A stretch of DNA of 61,667 nt, filler included, from Sphacelaria rigidula (taxonomy: Eukaryota), in NCBI GenBank assembly GCA_964200075.2. It is 5 parts of 5 records of this genome, joined end to end, with 100 filler letters (N's around TTAATTAATTAA, not from the genome) between each part and the next. Parts side by side here need not be neighbours in the genome. Positions count along the whole stretch, not along the records: positions 12,356 to 24,610 come from CAXNAA020003956.1; positions 24,711 to 36,964 come from CAXNAA020003957.1; 3 more parts are not named here. One strand, written 5' to 3'. The notes under the pieces are model-generated. The model worked only from the letters and a program-made list of their open reading frames with translations. It was not told the DNA's origin and did not search any database. The translations under genes were made by a program, and so were the position numbers. Positions 12,256 through 25,828 of the stretch are shown one piece after another (within the stretch, counting starts at the first letter, position 1; each line of letters starts with the position of its first letter).

Positions 12256-12355
12256 NNNNNNNNNNNNNNNNNNNNNNNNNNNNNNNNNNNNNNNNNNNNT
12301 TAATTAATTAANNNNNNNNNNNNNNNNNNNNNNNNNNNNNNNNNNNNNNNNNNNN
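12256..12355. other. Artificial contig linker N44-TTAATTAATTAA-N44
   Basis: Seen directly. The 12-mer places stops in all six frames. Confidence 0.97.
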
Positions 12356-12511
12356 CCCCACCCGCCCCTCCTCCCCTTCGTGATCCGGGTCCCCTCCCCC
12401 CCTCCCCCCCCCCCCCCCCCATCGACTCATGACTATGGCATGCATGATCATAAGTACACCCCCCCCTCCATCCGCCCCGCCCCCCGTCGCGTGAGACTGT
12501 TCTGCACTGAC

Positions 12512-15500
12512 CTGTACCACAGAATGCATAAAGCAGAGGCTGTACAATAATGCTCGCCATTGTGAAGAGTCCACACGCTCCAACTTATCCTATATAACGT
12601 GAGTTGGACAGGACAGACGTGGCAAAAGCAAAGAAAATCCGATCGTCGGTGCACATACCAGACGAGCGAAATGAAGGCCCGAGCCAAGCAGTAGTGGGCA
12701 CGTATCAGAGACAAAATAGGATTGAAAATATCTTCGTGTCATGTAATTTTTCGCCCTGTCGCGAATCCGTGCCGTGGGTTCGAACACCAGGAGAACTGAT
12801 GGTGAATATCGCAGAACGTAGATGTCATGCCAGGTATCTTATCATCCTATCGGCCTACTCCGGCCCTTGTTTTTTCTAACACGGGATGTGCACTCAGTCT
12901 CAAACCTACCTGGTCCACGACAACGGTGTAAGACCGCAGCAAACCCGCGCGCAGTCCCTTCGGCGGCTCGTTGGTAACTTTGATGCTCATTTGAAGCAGC
13001 CCAATGGGAAACTTGGGATGAGGCTCGCTCGTGATGAACAGTCGGAAGTCAACGTGGCAAGCTGGTAAAGTCTGTGTGTAACCAAAGGGCAGGTGACGAA
13101 AGCGAGGGATGAGACTGGGAACAAGAGCCATGGCTGCCGAAATAGACCAGCGTTGTTGCCGTACACGATAAAACCAGCAGTGTCTCTTTCTCGCAACGGT
13201 TACGGGTATTTCTCTACAGTTGCTTCTCCTGGAGGAGAGGGCGGCTGACGGACGAAGATTGATGGAGTGCTCCTGACTATCGTGCATGGTTCCGGTGGCA
13301 TCGAAGGTGCCACGGCATGTCTCACAGCCACCGCCCCGGTCGCTGGCACCTGCCCAGGCCCCGCTGACCCTCACTCTAATCCAAATCCCAACCCTAACCT
13401 CAACCATTGGGTTGCAAGCTAGTTTGACACGTTGCGTTTGCCAACTCTGGCCATATTTTCCGGCTCGCGAGGTGCCCATGACGCTTGCCAGCGATAACTG
13501 AGGTACCATGGCATGTGCAAGTGACACCTCTCCCGTGTCATGGTCGGTCTCAGTGACACGCTCCCAGGTGGCTCCCAGGTGCCACTGGCGCCATGCCCTG
13601 TACTGGACGTGTGTGATCGGAGTGGTTCGGGCTTGGTATTACGTCGTAGCTTGAAGTCGAGCGAGATTCCATCATCTCGCGTCCTACCAAAAACAACATA
13701 ATCATCTTAATCCATTATGTATGAAACCTGCAAGTAGTCCTCCATGCTGTCCATGTAGTCCAGCCCCAAGTGGCAGTTCTGCAGAAGTACCCAGCTTCCG
13801 CTCACAGTAGCAGTCGCGATCGCCCTCGAGGCCACCACCGCTTGGCCCTAACGGAGGTACGGGGCAAGTAGTTTGCGTGACGCCCACTGTTGTTGAACAA
13901 TCATCATGATGGACAGCCCCAGAGATCTACTCCGTGTTCGCATTTTTCTGACCCAGGCCGTCCCCACCGTCCCCACAGTAGGAAATGCCCGTCCCCACAG
14001 TAGGAAATGCGAAGACCTGGCTCGCGCGTCATACAACTGAGAAAAACAAATTGTGCTGCTTGTTTGTTTGTTCATTTTCCACAACTGTGTTGTATCCGAT
14101 TATTATGAGCAGAGGATTGACGAAAAGCGTGAGTGATGGGAGCATCGGCAGAAAGAGTTTTGGTTGCCCGAAGTCGCGCAACTTCGCTCTAGCCTCAGAT
14201 TTATGATCTACACGAAAAACATTCCCACGTGGTCTGTCAAGAGTTCCATGCTTCCGACTGGTATCCATAGTAATAGCTTCGAGCAATTGTGTAAATGGTT
14301 TAACTTTCAGCAACGGTGCTTTCTAGCAATCGCGGCCCAGGGCGGAGTATATGAAGGCATCTCATGCGACTGTTTCCATACCTCTCCCATACTGACGCAT
14401 GCAACATCCCTTCGCTTTTTCCGAGCTAAGCCTTCGATGGAGTCGGTGGGATCGGCTCCTGCACTCAGCAAGTAGATCACCGGGCTCGTGCAATCCATCT
14501 CATTGTACACTGATTCCACCTAGGTTCGTGATACGGTTCATTCAGCACAAGAACGTCATCCGACAGAATCATCTCCCACCGATGAGAAAACGATGTGTAT
14601 AGAATGTTGCCTGAGAAAAATAGAGACAAGTCCCATCTGCAGCATTTCGCTTCCATCGCGTCAGACCCCCAGCAATCTATATATATATATGCAAGAGTCC
14701 ACCGAAGATCATCGATGTCCATCACCGCCTCCGGCGTACCTAGGATTTATTCGGGTAGTGCAGGCTCACACGTTTTTCGAACGCCATACCACGTGCCGGT
14801 ACACGCCTACTGGGGGGTGACCGAGCGTGTTTATGCAAGATCCACAGAACAAAATATCGCGCATGTCAAACATCAACGATCCTAGCGTACGAGTGAACGG
14901 CATCCAGCCGGGCGGATCGTGTGCTCAACAGACGGACGACAGCTGCCCTAGCTATGGTTTCAAAAATGCTCAACAGAGCCATGCTTGAAGTTAGTGACTA
15001 ACCGTGTCGGTGAGAGGCTCCGCGAAGCGAGGCCCCATTGCGGGCAAGCGCGCCCCGCCCTGCTCCACCGTATCCGTCAGCCTGATGAAGTTGTTAACAC
15101 ACAGGAGCGTGCGATCCTCCCGCAGCGACCTGGGCGACAAGTATTGGGGGTGAAAATTGGCGTGTGGAGTTGATCGAAGCATATGCCGCAGGAACTGTTG
15201 CAAACTAGAGATGGATGGCTGTGGTGCACCTGGGCACCGGCTCGCACTATTCGACACAGATGGCAATGAAGTGTATCGGGTGCACCGCTGTACGTATGAA
15301 GAACATACCGTCCTACGTTGACGTGTGAGTTCTGAGAATCAAATAAACCGCCGCGAAATGTATCGAGAAAAATACTTGAAGTCAGCAGAAGTTCGACAAG
15401 AGCGCGCACTAATGGATGTCGTGTGACGACGCAACGTTTTGTTAAATCTCCACCTTATGAGAAGCAGCCGATAAAATGCGCCAACTGAAGGATCGGCAGC

Positions 15501-18500
15501 CAGACGTCCTTCGAAAGACGGCACGGGCACCTCCTCAGGCTCATTTTCAGCGTACCACGTCTTCCACGACGCTTCGTTTCTGGTCAATTCGTCCGGGAGA
15601 GTCTGGAGTACGCAGGGTTGGAAAAGGGGGATCCATGGTTGAAATAATCGGAGGCGGTAGTTGAAAACTCTCGTTTGAACACTACCATTTTCCGTGGTGG
15701 TGCTCGTGTCGGTTCTTCTTCTGATGCATAACTTGACTGTGGTTTCACCACCACTGTCGGTGAGAGAGGGGAGATGATATTTACACGGAGGCATTGCTTG
15801 TTAGAGATGCTAATCGAACTCCGAACATGTACAGTAGAACTTTGCAGAACTTTCGGGATCTGCCCGATGGAAAACTCGCGCAAGCCACTCAGGAACGAAG
15901 AATCCGTCCGGTCGGTTCGAAGAGAGCTCGTTTTCATAGACCGTCCCGCGGTCAGCAGCATAGCCGGGAAAGTGATTTTGTTTTTCCTTCAGATTTTGGG
16001 GGTACGCTTTGGAAGCGCTTGAAAAAAGATTTTGTCGCCCACTCTGTGTCAGCAGTGTGAGGGTGTATGTAGTGTTTGAAGAGGGAGAGCGTTGCTTGCA
16101 CGCACAGCTTCTCCACCGCAAGGGTGCAGTCTAAAATGAAGTGTATCCAGGTGAAGGGGTAAAAAAGGAAAATAGACAAGTTGTCTATGATCGGAACGGT
16201 GTCGTCGAAGCAGCCCGGGCACTTGTGGGAGCCCGATTAGCATCTCGAACGGTAGTGGGAAGCAACAGATGAAGAAGTCATCTCGCCGATTTGTAGCGAT
16301 ACTCTCGGTGTGGACAGTGATCGTGCATGGAACCACACCGAAGTGATGTGTTGTAACACGGTTGTACGACAGACAGACAAAATCAGCGCTGTTGCTTTGG
16401 TACGTTATGAACTCTGGCTTGGAGTCCCCCGGGCTGCCTTCTCGGCATATTTTCAAAGAAGGGAATAGAAGAACTACCGGTTTGCGGTTAAAATACTTGT
16501 GGACACCTGCCTTTATCCCAAAATCATCTCCACATGTTGTCTGTTTTGATATGATTGATATGATTGGTTGATTGATTGTCGCACTGTAACTGACCCCCAG
16601 GGATCCAGCCATGGTCACATGATAGACGTGCCCAAGACAAAACAAAACTGGAACACTCGCTGAAGAAAAGGAAGGAAAAACAAAAATTGAGCAGAATGAC
16701 ATAGGAGACTATGACGTGATTTTGAATAAAGAGTCAACACAAGCAAATCACAGAAAAAATGGCCGGTCTGAAACAAAAAAAGGAAACGAACAGAAAATAA
16801 CAAAAAATAAGAGAAAATACAAAAAGAGGAGAAAATAACAAAAAATACAAGAAAACAACAAAAATATAAGAAAAGAGCAAGAAATAAAATTAAAAATATA
16901 AAAGGAAAAAGTCCGAAGCATTCAGGGCAACAGAGTAGATACAGCGTATTTCTATCGCCGCACTGGCCATTGTCGACATCAAAGGCACCCGGCACTATCA
17001 TGAACACCCCCACATGAAAAAAAGATCGTGTCTGCATGGTGCAATTGTGGTGTATGCAGTGTCGGAGTTGTGAGTGCGCCCGTGACTGTGGTAAGCAGCA
17101 TACCGGGTTTCGGGGGCGAATATTTCCACGATGAAAATGGGCGCATACACGAGTAGGAACACAAGGAATACCATATGTAAAATGGGAAAATGGGGTAGAA
17201 CCTATGGAACAGATCTAACACCCCGTCACGAAACTCAGTATCTCACAATGTCACTCTTATATTTGGAATGGGATGATACCGCGATAAGACCGTTGCTCCT
17301 TCTGTGTAACCAAGTACTAAAAACAGGGTTTCCACCAGAGTGACATTCTACCCTTGATCGAGAGTGAGTTCTTATATTATACTGTCTAACTTGACCAATT
17401 CCTTTCTATGTGTGTATGTGTTTGTGTTTCTTTTACAGCAGTAATGTCGTGTGCTCAAAGGTATACGGCGAGATCCTACTCAGGGATGTTAAGGGCTTCA
17501 GCGGCATGTTACTACAGAAAGCGTATACCGCCTCATTAAAGGTCTTAAGAGGCACTTCAGAATTGAAATAATTTCAGGCATGAATCGATCAGTTCTGGGA
17601 ATCTGGAGTTCCAGATTTCTGCTCATTTACGAAACCACTGCGATAACAATACACATTGGATTCATTCCGCGGCTGAGAGCTTCATTTCTAGTCGCTCCTC
17701 GCCTGGCTCGGCGAGGAATTCCCCAAGAAAAAACAGTCGATGAATGAACCAGGATGTCCTATTATTTGAGCTTCTTACTCTCAATCATACACTAGACTTT
17801 CACTCTGGTGAAAACACTATTTACAGAAGAAAGTTGTCACCTTGAACAGTACGTTTTCCCTGCTGAGCTGAATAGCATTAAGCCATGCCGGATCACCGAG
17901 CCACAGGTGGGGTTTCGGCCTCACGGCGTTCAAATCCAGCGAAGCTCCTCCCTTGATAAAAAGCATAACGTCGGATTGCTCCAAGCGTCGGGCTGTCAGA
18001 AGAATCTTCAAAGTTAAGATGAGCTTGAAGCTCAGTTTGTCGCGTTCATATAATCCCCTAAATGGTGGTTGGTTTGAATCAACACGGTCCGTGAGAGGGG
18101 TAGGTGTGCGCACCGGGGGGCGAAGGGGGTTACTTTCTTTGTTGTCACGCCACCTTGGACAGTGTGCTGTGACAAATAGAAATGTCCCCCATGGACCGTT
18201 TATCACCGACTCAAGTAATGGTCGAGATAAACTTCGCCGAGTCGTAACACGCAGACTGCATTCACGTTTGGCGTTTTGTCATCGCTTTTCCGGCATGTTT
18301 TACTCCACTCCTGAAAGTAGGGCATGCCTTCCATGGCTCAACATTTGCAGACTGGCTCGTGAAAAAACCCTTTCGATAACCGTTGTGGGCGCCGTTAGAT
18401 TTGGGTGTCGAGACACTATTTTTTTCAGACCAAATCATAATGCGCCTCATCACTACCTGGAGATATATCGGTAGATATTGAACGTCATCGTCTCGATGAT

Positions 18501-21500
18501 GTTGGATACCCGCTTGGAGGCGAGTGCGGCCTTGTCCGCCACATCCATCGCCCTGTTTGGGGGAGAAGGGAATACGCGACGGCCGATCAGCACAAAGCAA
18601 CGGGTGATGCAGGTGCTCCCGCTGCATGTTCAACCCGAGAACCCGGAACAATGTGCATGCAACACATACGTGGACATGAGACCCGACGCTCTACCGACGG
18701 CATCAATCACCCCAGATATGCAGTACTTGGCAACGGTTTCCCCCTACTTATGTTGACCGAGTCAAGGAAAGGGATGGAGATGGTGAATCAGCCGTGTACG
18801 GTGAGGACTAACCCAAGGTGTCGCGGTACATACAAGCGGGATGTTCTAGAAGACGAATCTTTGGAACAAATATAAATGGTCGAACTTGGCTGCTCAATGA
18901 CACAACATCTGCAGATTACATGCTCAGGAGCTTGACCAAGAAACATTTCTTGACCATGGAACGCCAACGCCAAGCCATCGATCGTGCACTAAGATTCTCC
19001 AAGAGTGCAACCCCACCCTCTTGATCTACCTATCAAAGTGCATCCGGAACTGGTCGAGGCTGGTCTGGTACATGACATTGACGAGGCTCAGGTCCACCAC
19101 AGTGAAATATATTACCGCCCCACGGGTGGCCACAGGCCGATATTGCTCCCGTTTCTCGTCGATTCCCTCTCGCATCTCCCCTGCTGCAACAAGCTTATCC
19201 CTCACTTGCACCGCCTTCTTCTTTGTTTCCGCCAAGGCGCCTGATAAAAGTGCAGCAAGTAGACAGTTTGACGCCATGTACCAGATTTCGTTGAAACCCA
19301 TGGAAATGCGTTCCGCGGCCAAGTACTGAGTGCAAGGGAAGGGAACAAACGGCCGCAGCAACGCAGGGCCGCAGAAATTCGTTCCTAGCGGTTCTGCAAT
19401 CCACGGAGGCTTTGCCTTTCTTGAAAAATAGTGCTACACATCATCGTGGCTCACCCGACTCCATTGTGACAAGGACGTCGGTACATTAGTGGGAAGAGGT
19501 TGATATCACTTTCGTTTGAAAGGTTCAAGTGAATTGAGCAGCGTTTGTCTCCCTTGCCGGTGGAGTAATTCCCTGCGAACGAACAACTCCAGCAACAGAG
19601 CACTGTACGGTTGCAGTGAAGTGTACCGCATGTGCTCTGCAGTTCAAGATGCCGAGTCTCACCGATGAGCTCCTCGTCATCGAGAAGATTGCCCGTGTTG
19701 GCACTCAATCGCTCCAAGAGGAGCTGGTCAAGAGCCATCAACGACTTGGTGTTGTTCGTCACCTGGATCGAAGCAATGGACAATGAAAGGAGCATAAGGA
19801 ACCCCGAGGTAAAGTAAAAACAAACGAGAGGGGTATTCCAACCAATGTAAGAGAGAACGCTCGAAAAACTCGCTCGCTTGGTGTTGATGTGATTCTTGAA
19901 GTGCCGCGGCTAAATGTAGTGAACACATGGATACATGCGTGTCATCACATGCATACGATCATACGTGGAATTGTGCCGAAATGATGGACTAGCGGGCAGC
20001 GGCATCGGGGCGGGAGAAATCCAGACAATAATTCTCAATGGTTGGGCGATGCAAAAGCTACGGTTAAACACGCAACGTCAAGCCTTGCGTAAATCCGTGG
20101 TATTAAGCATGGCTTCCCCTGCACCCACTCACACGCTGTGGCAAGCTATGGGTTCCGTTAGAGCTCTGTGCGGTCGGGCTGTACACTACGCCAGCTATGC
20201 TCACTCGCATCCAAGTAGTGAAGTGCAATACGGTATCTAAATTCCGCCCAACTTGCCTCTTCCAGCACGTTCTTCAGCTGCTCCTCCAGACTTTTCTGTT
20301 CTTTCTGGATCACCCCGCCAAGCAGCTGCTCTTCCAAGCCTTTCTGAGTGACTGTGAAATCTACAACTGTTGTCTGCATATTTCCAGTGAACAGAGGCGT
20401 CGCAAGAGGACTTTGAATAATTTGGCACAAGGTTGTGATTGTTACAAGTGGTACAAGGTCATGATTACAACAAGTGACGCAGGTGTGCCATTGAAGTAGG
20501 TGGTGCAAGTGTGACAGAGGCCAAAAGTACTGCATAGATGCTGAGCAGAATTGTTTCTCCATGTTCCCATGTGTTTTTGACGTTGCTAACGCGATTAATG
20601 TCATATTGTGAATCCACAGTTAAGATATCCACCTGACAACTGCATCCAACCATAATTCGCGATCTTACAACATCGTCCAATCTCCATCTAGGATACGAGT
20701 GGGGCCAGCCAACAAACGGATGTAATATCTCATGGCTATTTCTCATCGACAGTGACGAATTGGATCGTGATCCGCATATCCTCTTGATCGCCTAGTCAAG
20801 GCAAGATGCCCATCCTCTCGAAAGCCTGGGCCATTTTTTCCTCGTTGATTAAATATCATATCGATAATTTCTCATACCGTACGGAGATAGAGTCCATACT
20901 TGAGACTAGATGAAACCCCGAACAATATGTACAGCGGATGATGACGATCTTATGGTTTTGGTGTGAAAATTCCATGGAGCATGGGAGAAGGATCAAATAC
21001 ATAATCTCCACCTATTTCGTTATGTATGTGTAGAGATGTGGTGCACATTATATTCGATAATGAACTCAATATATGACGAGCATGGGCACTAAACGCGCTA
21101 AAACTGGATTTCGCGTTTCGGTTTTGAGAGTCATGCTTTGAGAATCGGAATGGAGTACCGCAAGGGAAAAATAAATGCGAAACGTTCAGCACCTTGGGAT
21201 TTTTCGTCGTGAGTTAAAGGCTCCTTTTGTGACAATATGCACGTCGTTTGTGGCACTAACTCAGTTTCTCAGGTCGATTTTTGTAATTGTGATTCGAAAA
21301 GAGAATGGAGAATCGCAAGGGCATGCTGCAAATATGGAAACAAAAAAAGTAGACCTTCATTTTTTCGTGAGTTGAGGGCGTTCTCGTGAAAAAATGGCCC
21401 TTCCTACACCAATACATTCTCAACTCTTGAAATATAGCGATGAACATGTCCCATTTATTTACTATTGGTATACCCTCTTGATTCTTCACACAAAGTTTCA

Positions 21501-23469
21501 TAGCACAAGTACCAAAACTGGGCTCGTAAAATGGCCGGTAAAATACCGTTCCGGATCTCGACCGGCCCAGGCTCTAAATAACCCATTTCCCCCTCAATTT
21601 CGAGAGTTGGGCTATCAAATTGGTATGGAGAATCGCTAGGGCATGATAAACAACGTAGTTTGGGCCGTTGAGTTTTTTTTTCCATAGGAACGTCTAGATT
21701 TTCCCCCTTGAATCTTTGACACAAAATCTCGATGAACCATTTTTTTTTTTCATTATACCCTCATGATATTCCTTGCCAAATTTGAAAGCCCGACTCTCAA
21801 AATTGAAATGAGAATGGGCCTGCAACCTATGTCTCCACTTGTAGGCTGGCCCAGCTCGTATGGACGTCCATTTGGGATATCGGATCCATCTGGAATATGG
21901 ATCTCGCTCCAGGATACCCGTCTGGGGCATTCGTATCCCACCTACCGCGCCCTGGTGGTCTCATGGTACCACTGACACCATGGGGTCGGAACGAACGTGG
22001 GAGCGATTCCCACCAGATGCGTTTAGTCCTGATTTTGTTTTTTGAAGGCGATGCGGTGCGGGAGTGCTGATTTAATCTGCGACACCAGAAGAAAAGGCTT
22101 GTGCCAAGGGAAAGGTGGTTTGATCCCTTGTGGCCACGAACTCGTCCCGAGGAAGCGGATAGCTTGAAAGTGTAACAAAGTTTAGAAAGTACGCCCCAGA
22201 TGAACGTCCGTATCCCAGATGGATGCTCACATCCCCGATAGACATCCTAGGTGGACATGGAGATCGCAAATGGATGTTCCGGATGAATCTGGTACCCCAG
22301 ATGAAGGTTATAAGATGATTCAAGGTTCCCTCAAAATTGCCGTAAACGTAGCAAAATGTCTTACATATTACGTTACAACATCGTGCTTTCAAAAAATAAT
22401 CACGTGCGAAGCATGCGGGCTGCCAAACGTACTTTCTTTCTCCATGTTATCTCCGTGAAGCCCTAGAGAAATACGTTTGGGTGGCATCGATTGTACCTTT
22501 GCTTGGTTCTCCGGACTGAAGTGAGGATTGGGCAGACGTGTGGTCATGTAGAGCATGAAGCTGTCGTTGAACTCGCACATCTTGTCGGCGACATTGATGT
22601 ACTTGCTTCGAGCTTTCACGACAATCTGCCCACATGTAGAGGGGGGTCGTGTACGCAGGAGGGAGGTGGGGGGGGGGGGGGTAAAAGTTGAAAGTTTCGC
22701 TCGTTTGAAGCTCAGTTTTACACACTGATGCGATGAAAAACGCCTTCCTGATACACATTCAGATACTCTCGATACCAGGCGTTGGACTCACAAGTCAGTC
22801 TCGAAATTTGAGAGTCAGAATTCTGCATATTGAAAAAAAAGTACCCGGAGCATATTGATATGATCATGCAACGGGTTAGAGTTAGCTTTGCAAGACCTCG
22901 TTGGCACGGGCCCACAGCTACGCAGCCGCATGCCGAATGTCTGGTCGAACAGTGTCCAACCGGCGGAAGGCCCGTGGAACGCATACCGCTCACCCGTTTT
23001 TGCTCACCTGTCACCATAATTGGCACAGTACAACATCTCGACTGGCGCTTTTTTTAACACGACGATCGATACTAAGGTTGTTGGATACAAAGTACTGTAC
23101 GGCGTTTATACGAATGACCTCGCAGGTGTGCGGACAGAATCGAGACAAGTGCCTATGAAGAAGCACGTTTTTGTGACTGATCATCACTCATTCACTCATT
23201 CACTGTTTCATGCATGTTCCGCCGGCGAAGGCCGAACGCACCTGTTTTTCGAGCACCGGAGTAAGCATGGGATCTATGTCCTCTTCGACTCCCGCAATAA
23301 TCAACGCTTTACCCTCCATCATGCAGTACTCCAGCGTGTCTCGCAGTCGCTCGTTGCTGAAGGAAGTAACCCCTGATGCCGGGAGTCTATTTTTTTCGTG
23401 TCTTCGAATCCAATTAAGGGCTTGACCTTGTGGATCAATCAGAAGGGGGTATCTCGAACTTCGCGTAAC
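12512..23469 (-). CDS. Axonemal dynein heavy chain, outer-arm gamma type (DNAH5/DNAH8/ODA2-like), internal fragment covering AAA5-strut-AAA6
   Basis: 13 exons with consistent phases, 1872 nt (624 codons): 23469-23242, 22625-22497, 20373-20257, 19762-19663, 19240-19030, 18552-18457, 18057-17841, 15602-15454, 15129-15003, 14519-14382, 13847-13728, 13071-12910, 12589-12512. Motifs: [93 protein letters not shown]. Both ends of the gene lie outside the contig. Confidence 0.95.
17324..17820. mobile_element. Intronic MITE with about 55-bp imperfect TIRs
   Basis: GGGTTTCCACCAGAGTGA... at about 17326 vs ...TCACTCTGGTGAAAACACT ending at 17818. TSD unclear. Confidence 0.55.
20700..21830. repeat. Intronic dispersed repeat with an internal foldback; related in reverse orientation to 50795-52770
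   Basis: 20745-20910 matches the reverse complement of about 52590-52755. 21370-21575 matches the reverse complement of about 51130-51345. 21580-21820 is itself an inverted repeat. Confidence 0.6.
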
Positions 23470-24610
23470 CTTTGCGAGGTTTTGGTGGGTGTGAAACAAA
23501 AAGCACGAGGCAGGCAAGTGAGGAAAGTGCGGGGGCACCGGCAACAGTTGCCACACTTAGATCATTGGGCGTGGTTCTGAACCTGCGTGATCGAAAACGT
23601 CACTACGGTGATGTCAAGTCGCTTTGTTCACTCAAACGCGCCATCGCCGAAGTCTGGCGCGCACGCTCTGTAGTTGTATACGTTCTGCAGAAGCATTTCG
23701 ATGGTTCTGGCGGGCGTATCTTTCATTTCGCGATAGAAATACGAGCTGCGGTCATACCATTACATTTAAAATGGCCACTACAATCACTTCTTCAACGAAC
23801 ACCTTCCCACATCGACCAAGCCATATCCAATAGAGCTCGGAGATGGTACCAGTTCTAACTGGCCATTAACATTATAATGGTAAAAATGGTAATGAGTACA
23901 TGAAGATTTTGGTTAATGGTTTCACACCATTATGTACCGTTACCGGCTTTGAAAGCCGTTACCGGCTACGTAAGCTAGATACAGCCCTTAAAATTGGCTC
24001 AAATTTCACGTGTTTCTTAGCTGTAGTAAAGCCAAATCGCGTAAAAATGTGGCTCCGGCACGGCGCCTCCGGCAGGCCTCCCTCTGCCGGGGAGGGTATT
24101 TTGGCTCGCGGCTGCGCCGCTCGATGATCAAAACATTATGTACCATTTAACTGATTAATGAGTGCGCTACGCGTGTCAATTCAACTGGCTAGTGGTTAGA
24201 CAAACCATTTCCGAGCTCTACCCTTGGGTATGGACTATCGCCTCACGGACACGAGCGGTGCTTTGGCAACCAGCATATATCAACTTTGTTCTACAGGGCG
24301 ACGGGAGCATGGGAGTAAGGGTTGGACAGCGTCGAGATTACGAGTCAGCCGTGCTCCGTGGTGAGTACCTCGAAGCACCCTCTTATCCTGCTTGGTGCCA
24401 CCATGGCGTCCGCATATAATGACATACTTCCTCTGTCCCATAAGTCTGTATCGTTATGGACGTTTAATCGTGTGGGTATTTCAATGCTCACGGTCATGCT
24501 ACAGTTGGGCTCGTTAGAGAGATAACGTACAGACGACGCTGAGAAAAAAAAAAAACGTTTTCAATACTAAAATCATATCAAAATATACCCCATTTTGGCC
24601 CTTTTGAGTC

Positions 24611-24710
24611 NNNNNNNNNNNNNNNNNNNNNNNNNNNNNNNNNNNNNNNNNNNNTTAATTAATTAANNNNNNNNNNNNNNNNNNNNNNNNNNNNNNNNNN
24701 NNNNNNNNNN
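24611..24710. other. Artificial contig linker N44-TTAATTAATTAA-N44
   Basis: Seen directly. Confidence 0.97.
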
Positions 24711-24809
24711 GCCAGCGCAATTTCCTCATGTATCTGTTTGTTTTAAGTGAGTACATTCCCAACTCTGCTCTCAAAACTGTGTGTGTGGGGGGGGGGGGGC
24801 TGGTTGGTA

Positions 24810-25220
24810 TACGAAACCATACCGAAATGCATGGGGAACATTCCACTAGGTTTCGGAAGGATATCGAGTCCTGTTCCGACCACTCCGTCATGGTCCGGAA
24901 GGGGAATTTACGAATTTACCGATGAAAAAAAATACCTACTTTATACTTTTGTAAATACCCGAATTTCAGCGGGTATACCCTACAAAACACAACCTTGAGA
25001 AAAAAATGAACGCCAAATCTCAGTTGATTGAAAAATGTTACGGGGATGCACACTTGTACAGCAAGACGCGACGTTGCGGTAAGGTCTTGGGAACGGCAAT
25101 AGGTGCGGCATGTGGAAACAAAGTTCGGCAATCGTGACCAGCACCTCGACGAGAAGAATCGAGGCTGCGCGCGGAGACGCCGCAACATCTGCACCGACAC
25201 GAGGATCATGGCTTGTCTTG
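24810..25220. repeat. Dispersed repeat, second copy at about 27120-27420
   Basis: Shared blocks such as TTTACCGAT...AATACCT...TTATACT.TTGTAAA.ACCC...GTATACCCTACA and GAGGATCATG in both copies. Confidence 0.5.
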
Positions 25221-25828
25221 AGAAGGTTTGTGCAATCACGCTAGGGGAGGGTGATAGCATATTCTTCGAGAGGCGTTTCGATGAAAGGTAAGGGGGGGTG
25301 GGGGGTGGGGGGAGATTCGGCGAGGATTAGTCGATGTATGTATATGCCTGCACGTATTCATTTTCCTCCCAGAAAAGTATCATATACTCTACAGTGATCA
25401 AGGCACGGGATTCAGTGATGCACTGTTCAGCGGCCGCACCGAATCTTGAGCATGTACGCGTGCCGACGAGCTTCAGCTCCCGCGCTTAAGGTTGCACGTG
25501 TCCAACAAATAACGTACCAGTCAACAGCACAATGGACGGAGTAGCACGACAGGCGAACAGTTACCACCAAGAACATGCGAACCTGACATCCAGACCTCGC
25601 GAACCATCAACAGAAAAAATAAGAACATAAAAATGGGGGGGGGGCAGCAAGGGCAAAGTCTACTACTGTACCTGTACGCGGCGTATGCCTCGGAATACAC
25701 TCGGCACACGCGCATAACTCATTCCTCACACGTTCATCAACTCCACAAACCACAGTTGGCGATTTGATGTGTATGTATACACAGTGAATCGATCCACGGC
25801 GACGACGGTCGCGGGGCTTGTTCTTCAC

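Noticed and set aside
12300..12311. TTAATTAATTAA as a biological motif
   Set aside because: Identical in all four gaps and embedded in N runs, so it is an assembly linker.
5762..12600. Retrotransposon inserted into and disrupting the dynein gene
   Set aside because: They lie on different contigs separated by an artificial linker.
16660..16920. Hydrophobic Phe-rich ORF suggesting a membrane protein
   Set aside because: Translation of A-rich low-complexity intronic sequence, similar to 2480-2740.
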